Shown here piece after piece: positions 1 to 10,014 of a DNA stretch of 64,000 nt (within the stretch, counting starts at the first letter, position 1; every line of letters starts with the position of its first letter). The notes below the pieces were generated by a model. That model did no database searches. It had not been told where the DNA came from and saw nothing but the letters and a program-made list of their open reading frames with translations. This DNA is from Gemmatimonadota bacterium. Its GTDB lineage: Bacteria; Gemmatimonadota; Gemmatimonadetes; Gemmatimonadales; GWC2-71-9. The stretch covers positions 57,914 to 121,913 of the forward strand of contig JBDHAB010000010.1 of the NCBI GenBank assembly GCA_039588295.1. Reading direction: 5' to 3'. A program made the translations under genes and the position numbers.

Positions 1-2
1 GG

Positions 3-50
3 GCCGGCCCCAAACTCGCGAGACGGTTTCTCGAACAGGCCGGCGCCTGA
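3..50 (+). CDS. 3' end of a gene truncated by the window edge (...AGPKLARRFLEQAGA*)
   Basis: Open frame from the window start to TGA at 48-50, converging on the EVE gene; too short to identify. Confidence 0.3.
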   Translation, partial: AGPKLARRFLEQAGA

Positions 51-70
51 TCCACGGTCCGACCCACCCG

Positions 71-484
71 TTAGCTGCCACCCAGCTTCCGAATTCGCTC
101 CCACTGGCGCTTTGTCGCGGGAGAGACGGACAGGCGGGACATCCGGACGAGCGGCAGGTCTTCGAACGCCGAGTCCGCCTTGATGGTCTTCAAGTCAACC
201 GGCGTCTTGAGTTGCCCCATCGCTTCGATGTCCACCACTACGAAGCGCGCGTCGCCTGCACCCGGGTCGGGATAGGGTTCCGACGTGATCCGGGCTTCAC
301 CGATCACGGCCTTTTCCTTGCCCGAGTGATAGATGAACGCACGGTCCCCAGGGCTCATCCGTCTGAGGTGCTTGAGAGCTAGGTTGTTGCGCACTCCGTC
401 CCACATCGTCGACCCGTCGCGCTCGAGCTGTTGATAGCTGTACGACGAAGGTTCCGTCTTGAGGATCCAGTAGTTCGCCATCAT
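71..484 (-). CDS. EVE domain-containing protein
   Basis: YWILKTEP, WDGVRN, GDRAFIYHSG and SRLSV motifs typical of EVE (PUA-like) domains. Confidence 0.92.
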   Translation of the reverse strand: MMANYWILKTEPSSYSYQQLERDGSTMWDGVRNNLALKHLRRMSPGDRAFIYHSGKEKAVIGEARITSEPYPDPGAGDARFVVVDIEAMGQLKTPVDLKTIKADSAFEDLPLVRMSRLSVSPATKRQWERIRKLGGS

Positions 485-488
485 GACC

Positions 489-1190
489 TCACAGAGCTTC
501 GATCCACTGCACGGCGACGTCGGTCAGTTCATCCATCACGTGCTCCTGAGTTCTACCCGAGCGCTTCAGGACCTTGAACGAGTGGTCGCCCCCCTCAACG
601 AGATAGAGCGTCGCCCGAGATCCCAGCCGCTGGCACAGCGGTCGCAGGAACTCCAAATCGGCGAACGCATCGCGCGTGCCTTGGAGGAACAACATTGGCA
701 GCCCGACGTTCACCAAATGCTCGCCTCGAGTCACGCTCGGTTTGCCGGGTGCGTGAAGCGGGAATCCAAAGAATACCAGGCCCTGCACACCCGGGAGCGT
801 CTCGTCCGCAGCAGCTTGCGACGTCATCCGGCCGCCGAACGATTTCCCCCCGGCGACGATGGGCACGTCCGGCACCCGCGCCCGGGCCGCGGCGACGGCG
901 GCCCGAACCGTTGCTTGCGCAATCGCGGGTGAATCCGGACGATTGCGACCAGCCTCCATGTAGGGAAACTGATACCGCCATGTGGCCACTCGGTATGCGC
1001 TGAAGGCGTCTGCCACCGCCGCGAGAAACGGATGGCGCATTCCCGCGCCCGCGCCGTGGGCGAGCACGAGGAGCGCGCCGGGATTGGGAGGCTGCGTCAG
1101 AAGCGCCGATACTGGACCCTGCGACCCCGCGTCGAAGGTCAGCGTTCGCATGACCGGCCGCTCCGGGCGCTTGCGGTGCTTCGAGCTCAT
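489..1190 (-). CDS. Alpha/beta-fold hydrolase (KANSL3/Tex30-like family)
   Basis: LAHGAGAGM, GGKSFGGR nucleophile elbow, QGTRD, GGDHSF; ATG at 1190 overlaps the ligD stop (ATGA). Confidence 0.88.
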   Translation of the reverse strand: MSSKHRKRPERPVMRTLTFDAGSQGPVSALLTQPPNPGALLVLAHGAGAGMRHPFLAAVADAFSAYRVATWRYQFPYMEAGRNRPDSPAIAQATVRAAVAAARARVPDVPIVAGGKSFGGRMTSQAAADETLPGVQGLVFFGFPLHAPGKPSVTRGEHLVNVGLPMLFLQGTRDAFADLEFLRPLCQRLGSRATLYLVEGGDHSFKVLKRSGRTQEHVMDELTDVAVQWIEAL

Positions 1191-3709
1191 TGTGCCTCCT
1201 GCAGTCGACTCAGCGCGCGCGCCAAATCTGGCTTGCTTTCCAACACCTCGCGTAACGGATCCTGGCCAAGACGTTTCATCCGGCGCACCGCATTGCGAAT
1301 CGTGAAGCGATCGACGGTGAGCCGGCGGTTCACCTCCCCCCACCGCAATGGCATGGAGACCGGAGCTCCGGGAACCGGCCGAACACAGAACGGCGCCACG
1401 AGCAACTTCCCGTGACCGTTCTGCAGGTAGTCCACGTACACGCGCCCGTCGCGTCGGGTTGGCGAGCGTGCGATCGTGGCGATCTCGGGGAGCTCGGACA
1501 CAACAACTCGCGCCAGCAGCTCGCCCAGGGTACGTGATTGTTCATGGGTGCACTGACGTCCCAGCGGGAGCAGCACATGCAGGCCCTTCGATCCGCTCGT
1601 CTTCACGAAGTTGGGGAGCTCGATGTCCTCACACAACCGATGGACCACCCGCGCGATCTCTACCACATCCGTGAACGGCGCCTCACCGGGATCCAAGTCG
1701 AGGATGCACCAGTCGGGTCGCTCGAGCGAGCTGACACGGCTGGCCCAGACGTGCAGCGGGATCGAGCCCAAGTTGATGACGAACAGCAGGGACGACTCGT
1801 CGTCACAGACGAAGTACCTCAGTTCGCGCTCGCCCTGGTCACTCCACACACGCTCCGTGCGAAACCAGTCGGGTGCAAAGTCCGGCGCGTCTTTCTGAAA
1901 GAAGGACTTGCCCGTGATCCCATCCGGATATCGTGTCATCACCAGCGGACGGTCCCGCAGGTACGGCAAGATCCACGGTGCAATGCGGCGATAGTACTCG
2001 ATCAGATCGCCCTTGGTGTAGCCCTCTTCGGGCCAGAACACCTTGTCCAGATTGGTGAACCGCAACTCGGCAACTTGGACCGACGCTGAGGCTACGGTTT
2101 CCGGCAAGTCTGCTTCGTCCCCATCCCGTCTCCTGGGACCGGGGTGCTCACAGTCCTTGGGCAGCTTGTCGTCCCGAAAGCGCAGGAACACCGGCTGCCG
2201 CAGCAGCGTCTCGTCGGTCCACTCCTTGTAGCGGACCTCGCACACCACCGCCGGCTCCACCCAGACGTGCCCGGCTCCGCTCGGAGCGCCGGCGCACGGC
2301 GCATCCGGTCGCCGCGTGTTCTCGAGCGCCTGCCGTACTTGATGCAGCTCCGCCTCGGCGAAACCGCTCCCCGCCCTCCCGACGTACACCAACTCCTCTC
2401 CGTCGTAGGCTCCGAGGTGCAGCGCACCGAAGCCCGAGCGCGAGCCCTTGGGCTCGGTGAACCCCACCACCACAAAGTCGTCCGTGCGGTCGGACCGTAC
2501 CTTGATCCACTGGGCGGAGCGGCCCGCTCGGTACTTGGAATCCGCCTTCTTGGCGACGACGCCTTCAAGGCCGAGTTTGCGAACTTCCTCGAAGAATGCC
2601 TCTCCGTGCTGGTCGATATGGTCGGCGTAGCGAATGGGACCCACCGTCGGCAGCAGCTCTCGGAGCACGGATTTCCGCTCGACGAGAGGCAGAGACCGCA
2701 GATCGAAATCCTCGAAGCCCAAGAGATCGAAGGCGTAGAACGTCGCGGGGTGCGCCGCGGCCGCCCGTCGAATGTCGATAGGGCGGTTGAACCGGGCGCG
2801 CTTCTGCAGGCGCTGAAAGCTCGGCCGCCCGGACTCGTCGTGCACCACCACCTCTCCGTCCAGCACCAGGCCATCGAATGGCAGGTGCCGAAGCGTCCGC
2901 GCGATCTCCGGAAACGCCTGCGTAGCGTCCCGGCCGCTCCGTGTGAGTAGCAGCGGCTCGCCACCGTCGAGCGATGCGACGAGGCGATACCCGTCGTACT
3001 TGAGCTCGAAGACCCAGTTGGGCTTTGAGAACGGACGTACCCGCGTTTCGGCGAGCATGAACTCGACATCCTCCGCTCGAACGGTGCGCCGCTTCGCCTG
3101 CCCACCATGCAGCGCCGCACGGATGTCTTCCTCGGGCGCGGCTCCTTCCCCCAGCTGCTCCACGGTCAAACCCGACAGAATGGAATCCTCCGCGAACTCC
3201 TCGTCACGGTCAGCCGCAAGGTGATCCCGCTCCTTGATCAGCAGCCAGTCCTTCTCACTCTTCTTGATCTTCACGAGCGTCCAGGCCCCGCGGAGTTTAT
3301 AGCCGCGCAACTCAAACAGGAGCTTCCCCTTCTCGAATCCCTCGGCGACGTCGGACAGCGGGACCCACACGCCCCGGTCCCACACGATCATGGCGCCGGC
3401 GCCATAGTTGCCCTCGGGAATCAACCCCTCGAAGTCCACATACTCAATCGGGTGGTCCTCGACCTTGACGGCGAGGCGTTTGTCGGTGGGATCCCGCGAC
3501 GGTCCTTTGGGCACCGCCCACGACTCCAGGACGCCGCCTAACTCGAGCCGCAGATCGTAGTGGAGCTGTCGCGCGGCGTGCTTGTGTACCACGAACACCT
3601 GGGCTCCCGTGTCGCCGACGGTTCCTGCCGGCTCGGGCGTCCGGTCCACCGCGCGCTTGGCACGGTAGCCACCAAGGCGATTCGCGTTCTTGTCCTGCTT
3701 GTCAGGCAT
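1187..3709 (-). CDS. ligD: DNA ligase D (phosphoesterase-ligase-polymerase domain order)
   Basis: PE domain FVVHKHAARQLHYDLRLE; ligase ELKYDGYR and EGVVAK; PolDom TNLDKVFWP, DLDP, KTSGSKGLH, DYLQN; alternative start 3745. Confidence 0.96.
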   Translation of the reverse strand: MPDKQDKNANRLGGYRAKRAVDRTPEPAGTVGDTGAQVFVVHKHAARQLHYDLRLELGGVLESWAVPKGPSRDPTDKRLAVKVEDHPIEYVDFEGLIPEGNYGAGAMIVWDRGVWVPLSDVAEGFEKGKLLFELRGYKLRGAWTLVKIKKSEKDWLLIKERDHLAADRDEEFAEDSILSGLTVEQLGEGAAPEEDIRAALHGGQAKRRTVRAEDVEFMLAETRVRPFSKPNWVFELKYDGYRLVASLDGGEPLLLTRSGRDATQAFPEIARTLRHLPFDGLVLDGEVVVHDESGRPSFQRLQKRARFNRPIDIRRAAAAHPATFYAFDLLGFEDFDLRSLPLVERKSVLRELLPTVGPIRYADHIDQHGEAFFEEVRKLGLEGVVAKKADSKYRAGRSAQWIKVRSDRTDDFVVVGFTEPKGSRSGFGALHLGAYDGEELVYVGRAGSGFAEAELHQVRQALENTRRPDAPCAGAPSGAGHVWVEPAVVCEVRYKEWTDETLLRQPVFLRFRDDKLPKDCEHPGPRRRDGDEADLPETVASASVQVAELRFTNLDKVFWPEEGYTKGDLIEYYRRIAPWILPYLRDRPLVMTRYPDGITGKSFFQKDAPDFAPDWFRTERVWSDQGERELRYFVCDDESSLLFVINLGSIPLHVWASRVSSLERPDWCILDLDPGEAPFTDVVEIARVVHRLCEDIELPNFVKTSGSKGLHVLLPLGRQCTHEQSRTLGELLARVVVSELPEIATIARSPTRRDGRVYVDYLQNGHGKLLVAPFCVRPVPGAPVSMPLRWGEVNRRLTVDRFTIRNAVRRMKRLGQDPLREVLESKPDLARALSRLQEAQ

Positions 3710-3845
3710 CGGGGTTGGCGCACCTCGGATCGGTTCCGGCCGCATAATCTGGACGGTAAGGCAAACAAAGACAATGCGTTAGGGGGAAGGGCCCGGCACG
3801 CGATTCTTGCCAGCGGGCCCGGAAGCCCTTATAGTGACTCCCCTT

Positions 3846-4706
3846 ATGAGCGCACGCCCCATCAGTACCGCAACGGTCTCCTTCGGACTCGTGTCCGTCC
3901 CGGTCAAGCTGTATTCGGCGGCCGAGTCTGCGTCTCGGATCTCGTTCAACTGGCTCCACAAGGACTGTGGCTCCCGACTGCGCCAGCAGTACGTCTGCAA
4001 ACAACATGGCGAAGGGGTGGAGAAGGAGGACATGGTCAAGGGCTATGAATTCGCCAAGGAGCAGTATGTCGTCTTCACGCCCGAGGAGCTCAAGGCGCTG
4101 GAGCAGCGTTCCACCGAGTCCATCGAGATCGTGGAGTTCGTGCCGGCGGATCAGGTCGAGCGCCGCCTCCTCGCCAAGGTCTACTACCTCGGTCCCGACA
4201 AAGGTGGCGATCGAGCCTATCGCCTGCTGAGCAAGGCGTTGCAGGAAACCGGATTGTCCGCCCTCGCCAAGTATGCGGCGCGCGGCAAGCAGTACCTCGT
4301 CCTCGTCAGGCCGCAAGACGACGGGCTCGTCATGGAGCAGCTGTACTACGCCGACGAAGTCCGGCCGTTTTCCGAAGTGCCGCTCGGGGAGGGAGAGGTC
4401 AAGAGCGACGAGCTCAAGCTCGCGGTGCAGCTCATCGAGCAGGCCGCGTCCGACACGTTCCGACCCGAGAACTACGAGGACGAGGTTCGCAAGCGGACCC
4501 TGGAGCAGATCGAGCAGAAAGTTGCCGGTGAGGAGATCACCGCGGCACCGACCGAAGAGCCGAAGACACAGATCATCGATCTGATGGCTGCGCTCAAAGC
4601 GAGCTTGGCGAAGAGTGAGGAGCGGGCACCCGGGCGAAAGGCGGCCAAGCGCGCAGCCGCCGGACAGCGGAAGGCGACCTCCACGCGCCGCCGCAAGAAG
4701 GCCTGA
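3846..4706 (+). CDS. ku: NHEJ DNA end-binding protein Ku
   Basis: SFGLVSVPVKLYSA, VKGYE, IIDLMAALKASL and a basic C-terminal tail; divergent from ligD. Confidence 0.95.
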   Translation: MSARPISTATVSFGLVSVPVKLYSAAESASRISFNWLHKDCGSRLRQQYVCKQHGEGVEKEDMVKGYEFAKEQYVVFTPEELKALEQRSTESIEIVEFVPADQVERRLLAKVYYLGPDKGGDRAYRLLSKALQETGLSALAKYAARGKQYLVLVRPQDDGLVMEQLYYADEVRPFSEVPLGEGEVKSDELKLAVQLIEQAASDTFRPENYEDEVRKRTLEQIEQKVAGEEITAAPTEEPKTQIIDLMAALKASLAKSEERAPGRKAAKRAAAGQRKATSTRRRKKA

Positions 4707-4797
4707 GCGAGCCCGGCGCTCACTCCGAGCGCCACTGAGCATCTGAGTTCCGCTCGGCCCGTCCCGCACTTCAGGTCACCATCAGTCCGACCCACCC

Positions 4798-4893
4798 GAA
4801 GTACGAGAGAGGACGTTCGCATCCCTCGGGATCCGGGAGATAGGCACCTCCAAGCAGTCACCGCTTGACCATCGAGGGATGCGGGCGTACTTC
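4798..4893 (+). promoter_or_regulatory. Candidate structured RNA leader upstream of the doxX-family gene
   Basis: ACGTTCGCATCCCTCG (4813-4828) pairs with CGAGGGATGCGGGCGT (4873-4888); inner hairpins GGAG/CTCC and AAGC/GCTT; outer GAAGT/ACTTC. Confidence 0.3.
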
Positions 4894-4937
4894 ACCTCCT
4901 CCAGGGACACAACGACTCAAGCCACGGAGGCGTACCG

Positions 4938-5366
4938 ATGAAATCCGAGGATGGGATGTTTCAAAATCTCGCGCACAACGCCTTACGGATCGCCGTCGGT
5001 CTGATGTTCTTCACCCACGGTGCCCAGAAGCTGTTGGGCTGGTTCGGTGGGTTCGGCGATGGCGGCACAGCGGAGCTGCTCTCGCGCTTTGGTGTTGCCG
5101 GGGTGCTGGAGACCTTCGGTGGTCTTGCCATCATCTTCGGCCTGTTCACGCGGCCTGTCGCGTTCGTCCTCTCCGGCCAGATGGCGGTGGCCTATTTCTG
5201 GATCCATGCGGGTCGCGGCGGCATCTGGTGGTGGGAGAACCGCGGTGAAGTCGTGGCGCTCTACGCATTCGTATTCCTGTTTCTCTCGGCCGTCGGCGGC
5301 GGGAATCTCAGCCTCGATCGGTGGCTGAAGCAGCGCCGCACATCGCCGGAGCCGAGTGGAGCGTAG
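4938..5366 (+). CDS. DoxX family membrane protein
   Basis: LRIAVGLMFFTHGAQKL, GLFTRP, GGGNLSLD; GGAGG RBS upstream. Confidence 0.9.
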   Translation: MKSEDGMFQNLAHNALRIAVGLMFFTHGAQKLLGWFGGFGDGGTAELLSRFGVAGVLETFGGLAIIFGLFTRPVAFVLSGQMAVAYFWIHAGRGGIWWWENRGEVVALYAFVFLFLSAVGGGNLSLDRWLKQRRTSPEPSGA

Positions 5367-5474
5367 GCAGTCCCGTGCAGACTGGGCCGAGCGAGTCCAC
5401 CGAGTGGGCAGAACTTTTCGACCCCCGACGCCGTTGGTACTGTTAGATCCGACCTGACGCTGCTCGAGTAAACC

Positions 5475-7094
5475 ATGGCCCAAAAGAACATAGCCGCTGC
5501 CCTCACCCCGTCGGACGCCCCGGCGGCTGGGACGTTGATCTCACTGCCCGCCGACGTGCTCGAGCAGTCCTGCAAACGAGTCGCTGCGCTCGGCGTCGTG
5601 TTGGCCGTCCTCTGGGCGTTCGCGCTCTTCAAGGGGAACGTGGTCACCCCGGCGTTCACGGAAGACATGCCGATTCACGGCCATGCGTTTCCGTGGCCCG
5701 GGAATCTCATCGCGATCGTCGGTCTCGGGATGTCACTCGGGCTGGTGGTACTGGCCGGCCGCCTGCACCACCGCCCCAACTTCCTGCTCGACCTCAGCTT
5801 GGGGTTCTATGTCGCGACTGCGTTGCTGATCGGCATCCTGAACCAGTGGCAGCCGGAGCTCCACCCCGGCCACATCTCCTGGATCTGCGTTGTCATTCTC
5901 GCCTATCCGGCCATCGCCCCAAATACGCCGGGCAAGATCCTTGTCGCGGGCCTCATCGCGGCATCCATGGACCCGCTGGGTCTCCTCCTTGCCGGTCTTC
6001 GTGGCGCGGAGATGCCGGAGACGCAGCTCGCACTGTTCTGGAGTTTTCTGCCGAACTACATCTGTGCGCTGATCGCCGTCGTGCCGGCACACATCATCCG
6101 GGGGCTTGGCCGTCATGCCCGAAAGGCGCGGGAACTCGGATCCTACAAGTTGGGTGAGGAGTTGGGCCGCGGCGGCATGGGAGAGGTGTACCGCGCCGAA
6201 CATCGGCTGCTTGCGCGCCAGGCCGCGATCAAGCTGATCCGGCCTGAGGTCTTGGGGGCGCGAGATCCCGACGCGGCCCGGGTCATGGTAACGCGCTTCA
6301 AGCGGGAGGCGCAGGCCGCGGCGACGCTGCGTTCGCCACACACTATCGAGCTGTACGACTTCGGAATGACCCAGGACGGTGCCTTCTATTACGTCATGGA
6401 GCTGCTCGATGGCATTGGGCTGGACCAGCTCGTGGAGCGGTTTGGACCCATCCCCGCTGAACGCGCGGTCCAGTTCGCGCATCAGGCCGCGCTGTCACTT
6501 GCGGAGGCCCACGCCCGAGGCTTGATCCATCGCGACATCAAGCCATCGAACATCTTCACGTCGCGCATGGGACTCCAGGTGGACTACATCAAGGTTCTCG
6601 ACTTCGGCTTGGTCAAGGCCGTGGAAAGTCGCGATCAGGCCTTGCTGACGGCGCCGCAGATGACGACCGGCACCCCCGCTTACATGGCGCCCGAACTCGC
6701 GCTCGGGGAGAGCAACATCGACGGACAGGCCGACATCTACGCGCTGGGAGCTGTCATCTACTGGCTCCTGACCGGGAAGCTGGTGTTCGACGCCGAATCT
6801 CCCGTGAAGATGATGTATCGCCATGTGTCCGACCCTCCCGAGCCCCCCTCTCAGCATACCGAGCTAGCGATACCGGACCAGCTCGAGGCGCTCATCATGG
6901 CGTGTCTCGCCAAGAGCCCCGGTGATCGTCCCGGTGGAGCGGGCGAGCTCGCTGGGCTCCTGGCGGCGATCCCCGTCACGAACCCGTGGACGGAACACCG
7001 CGCACTGCGTTGGTGGGAAACCCATCTTCCCGAGACGCCCCGTTCGGCCCCCTGCGACCGCGGCGAGCTCGCGGCGGAATACAGCCCGGCATAG
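5475..7094 (+). CDS. Ser/Thr protein kinase with N-terminal multi-TM sensor region
   Basis: About 6 hydrophobic helices, then LGRGGMGEVY, AAIK, HRDIKPSN, DFG, GTPAYMAPE. Confidence 0.95.
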   Translation: MAQKNIAAALTPSDAPAAGTLISLPADVLEQSCKRVAALGVVLAVLWAFALFKGNVVTPAFTEDMPIHGHAFPWPGNLIAIVGLGMSLGLVVLAGRLHHRPNFLLDLSLGFYVATALLIGILNQWQPELHPGHISWICVVILAYPAIAPNTPGKILVAGLIAASMDPLGLLLAGLRGAEMPETQLALFWSFLPNYICALIAVVPAHIIRGLGRHARKARELGSYKLGEELGRGGMGEVYRAEHRLLARQAAIKLIRPEVLGARDPDAARVMVTRFKREAQAAATLRSPHTIELYDFGMTQDGAFYYVMELLDGIGLDQLVERFGPIPAERAVQFAHQAALSLAEAHARGLIHRDIKPSNIFTSRMGLQVDYIKVLDFGLVKAVESRDQALLTAPQMTTGTPAYMAPELALGESNIDGQADIYALGAVIYWLLTGKLVFDAESPVKMMYRHVSDPPEPPSQHTELAIPDQLEALIMACLAKSPGDRPGGAGELAGLLAAIPVTNPWTEHRALRWWETHLPETPRSAPCDRGELAAEYSPA

Positions 7095-7142
7095 CCCACG
7101 GCGCAGGGGACGCCGCGACGTTCGCGTGAAAGGAGTCGAGAG

Positions 7143-8570
7143 ATGAAGGTGAGCATGGCCGCGACGCTCGTCGCGGCAGTCGTCATCGGTGGTACCGCAC
7201 GCATCACGCTTGCACAGCAGTCCCCGTCCCGTACGGCGTCCCCGCTGACGGAGCTGAGTGCGGCCTTCGAGGATCTCTCACGACGGGTCTCACCGGCCGT
7301 GGTGCAGGTGTGGGTCAGCGCGTTGGCGCCGGTCCGCGTGGGCGCAGGGCGAGGGGTCACACCGGTGCTCGGCCGAGAGCGCCGCAGCGGGTCGGGGCTT
7401 CTCGTCTCGGCGGACGGGTACATCCTCACGAACGCCCATGTGGTCGAGGGCGCGCGCCGGCTCGCGGTCGTGCTGGCGCGGCCGGCTGCCACCGATGCAC
7501 CGGGACGTTCGATTCTCAAGCCGATCGGCGAGCGGGTTGAGGCCCAACTGGTCGGCGTCGACCGGGAGACCGACCTCGCGGTCCTCAAGATCGTTGGCAT
7601 CGACCTTCCGCATCTCGAGTTGGCGGATTCCGATAGCCTCCGCGCCGGCCACCTCGTCCTCGCATTCGGCAGCCCACTCGGGCTCGAGAGCTCCGTCACG
7701 ATGGGGGTGGTCAGCGCCGTCGGCCGGCAATTGGAACCCGATCATCCGATGGTCTATATCCAGACGGATGCCCCAATCAATCCCGGCAACAGCGGTGGTC
7801 CCCTCGTCGACACCGAGGGACGCGTTGTCGGCATCAACACGCTGATCTTCTCGCGCTCCGGTGGGAGCGAGGGCATCGGGTTCGCCGCGCCGAGCAACAT
7901 CGCACGCGCGGTATTCGAGCAGATCCGCGACGCCGGTCGCGTGCGACGCGGGGTCATCGGCGTCAACGCCCAGACCATCACGCCAACCCTCGCGGCGGGT
8001 TTGCGGCTCTCCCAAGGCTGGGGTGTGGTGATCAGTGATGTGTACCCACGCTCTCCCGCCGCGCGGGCCGGCCTCCAGCCCGGCGACGTGATCGTGTCGC
8101 TCAACGGCAAAGCCATGGAGAACGCGCGGCAGTTTGACGTCAACGTCTACCGCCGCACCGGGAGCGTCATCAATCTGGACATTCGCCGCGGCCTTCAGCG
8201 GTTCGGTGCACAAGTGCTCGTCGTGGAGCGAGACGACGATCCGGCCCGCGTCGCCGATCTGGTGAGCCGCGACCGCAATCTGATAGCCGAGCTCGGCGTA
8301 TTGGCGCTCGACGTGAACGAGGAGATCGCACGGATGCTCCCGTGGCTCCGCCGCACCGGGGGCGTCGCGATCGCGGGCCGCGCTGCCGGCGCACCGCGCG
8401 TCGACACGGGCCTCGAGCCCGGCGACGTGATCTACGCGGTCAACGGCCAGGCGGTGTCGTCCCTATCCCAGCTCTTGACCCTGCTCGGGGCGCTCGACCC
8501 CGGCGATGCCGTTGTGATGCACGTGGACCGAAGGGGAGCGCTGCGGTACTTTGCCTTCGAGATCCAGTGA
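7143..8570 (+). CDS. HtrA/DegP-family periplasmic serine protease with two PDZ domains
   Basis: Signal peptide; LTNAHVV, DLAVL, TDAPINPGNSGGPL; two GL(Q/E)PGDVI PDZ motifs. Confidence 0.94.
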   Translation: MKVSMAATLVAAVVIGGTARITLAQQSPSRTASPLTELSAAFEDLSRRVSPAVVQVWVSALAPVRVGAGRGVTPVLGRERRSGSGLLVSADGYILTNAHVVEGARRLAVVLARPAATDAPGRSILKPIGERVEAQLVGVDRETDLAVLKIVGIDLPHLELADSDSLRAGHLVLAFGSPLGLESSVTMGVVSAVGRQLEPDHPMVYIQTDAPINPGNSGGPLVDTEGRVVGINTLIFSRSGGSEGIGFAAPSNIARAVFEQIRDAGRVRRGVIGVNAQTITPTLAAGLRLSQGWGVVISDVYPRSPAARAGLQPGDVIVSLNGKAMENARQFDVNVYRRTGSVINLDIRRGLQRFGAQVLVVERDDDPARVADLVSRDRNLIAELGVLALDVNEEIARMLPWLRRTGGVAIAGRAAGAPRVDTGLEPGDVIYAVNGQAVSSLSQLLTLLGALDPGDAVVMHVDRRGALRYFAFEIQ

Positions 8571-8580
8571 CGGGGCAGCG

Positions 8581-10014
8581 ATGGGAGGTATGGAAAGCGT
8601 GGGCAAGGCCCTTGGAGTCCGTCATGCGGCTCTAGCGCTGGTGATCGGGTTGGCCGCGATCCGACCCGCGCCAGCGCAAGAACGACCCGACGCACCTGAT
8701 ACGCTCGTGCAAGAGACCGTTTCCGGTGTCGGCGTCAGCTACTGGGGCTTCATCCCACCCGCCGAAGACTCCTCACTGGCCGTGCTCAGCAACCGACGCA
8801 TGCCGGTCTGGGAATCCATCCTGGTGTATCCCTACCGCGTCATCGCATTCCCCTTCAGACTCCTCGCGGACGGCGTCGGAGCGACCGTGGAGTTCGCCGC
8901 AGAGAACCCAACACTGCGTCGTTTGTTTGCGTTCAAGCCCCGAGCCTTCGTGGTCACACCTGACTTCGGCATCAGCACCCAATCCGGCACGAGTGTCGGA
9001 GTGTTGTTTCGCCACTCAGCGCTGCTTGCGCCGGGCAATGAGCTCCGACTGCGACTCTCCACCTCCACACAGGGTGATCAGCGGCTCACGCTTGGCCTGC
9101 GGTTCCCCGTCTCGGCCCATGGGCTGCTGACCATCGGCGGCGGGCTTCGCGATCGGGCGAATACCAGGTTCTTTGGCGTCGGCCCAGATGCCGTCGCGAC
9201 GGACGAGTCGCTCTTCCGAACGCGTTCGGCATGGGCGGGGGCCGCCTATCGCCAGACGCCCCTGCCGAACGTTTCACTCGAGGGCACGGTACTGCTTTCG
9301 CGCATCAGCACCGACGAACCGGGTGGCGACTTTCGCCCGTCGATCGTTGACCAGTTCGCCGGTCGGCTCCCCTCGGGGTTCGGTACCGGCACAACCGGAA
9401 TCTCGGCAGGCGTCACGCTCACCCACGAGGATGCGCCAACCACGGGTCGACCGGCGCATGGTGGGATCCGCCGCGTCCGCGCCTCGCACTTCTGGGGCAC
9501 GAGCGACGACGAGACCCGGTTTTGGAGTTTCCGTGCGGAGGCCCAGCAGTTCTTTCGACTGTGGTTTCCCGCCAACGTGCTCGCGCTGCGGGCGGTCGTC
9601 GCCTGGCTGGAGCCGGTCGGTGACCGGGATATCCCCTTCCAGCGACTCACCACCAACGACGATCCGGATCTGTTGCGCGGCTACCAGGACTTCCGCTGGC
9701 GCGACCGTGGTCTCGTGGCGTTCTCCGCCGAGTATCGCTGGCCGATTTGGGCGTTCAGCTCCCCGGACAGCCACGGACTGGATTTCTACTTGCTTGGTGA
9801 CATCGGCCAGGTGTTCGACGAGTTCGACTCAATGACCGACGACCTCACGGTGTCGTACGGAGCCGGTATTCGAGTACTGATCAGCAACGATTTCGTTGTC
9901 CGCTTCGAGTATGCGAGGAGTGACGAGCGCGGGATGTGGCGGCTGCAGGCAAAGCAGGTGTTTCAGTTCACCAGAGGGCTCTTCCATGGGCGCGACCCGG
10001 CTCCCGAACGCTAG
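8581..10014 (+). CDS. Omp85 (BamA/TamA-like) outer-membrane beta-barrel without POTRA domains
   Basis: Signal peptide, amphipathic beta-strands, LLRGYQDFRWRD (L6 VRGY-like), AEYRWP, YGAGIR. Confidence 0.82.
   Translation: MGGMESVGKALGVRHAALALVIGLAAIRPAPAQERPDAPDTLVQETVSGVGVSYWGFIPPAEDSSLAVLSNRRMPVWESILVYPYRVIAFPFRLLADGVGATVEFAAENPTLRRLFAFKPRAFVVTPDFGISTQSGTSVGVLFRHSALLAPGNELRLRLSTSTQGDQRLTLGLRFPVSAHGLLTIGGGLRDRANTRFFGVGPDAVATDESLFRTRSAWAGAAYRQTPLPNVSLEGTVLLSRISTDEPGGDFRPSIVDQFAGRLPSGFGTGTTGISAGVTLTHEDAPTTGRPAHGGIRRVRASHFWGTSDDETRFWSFRAEAQQFFRLWFPANVLALRAVVAWLEPVGDRDIPFQRLTTNDDPDLLRGYQDFRWRDRGLVAFSAEYRWPIWAFSSPDSHGLDFYLLGDIGQVFDEFDSMTDDLTVSYGAGIRVLISNDFVVRFEYARSDERGMWRLQAKQVFQFTRGLFHGRDPAPER

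Noticed and set aside
3793..3812. Sigma54-like promoter GGCACG...TTGC upstream of ku
   Set aside because: GG-to-GC spacing is 12 nt, not the required 10
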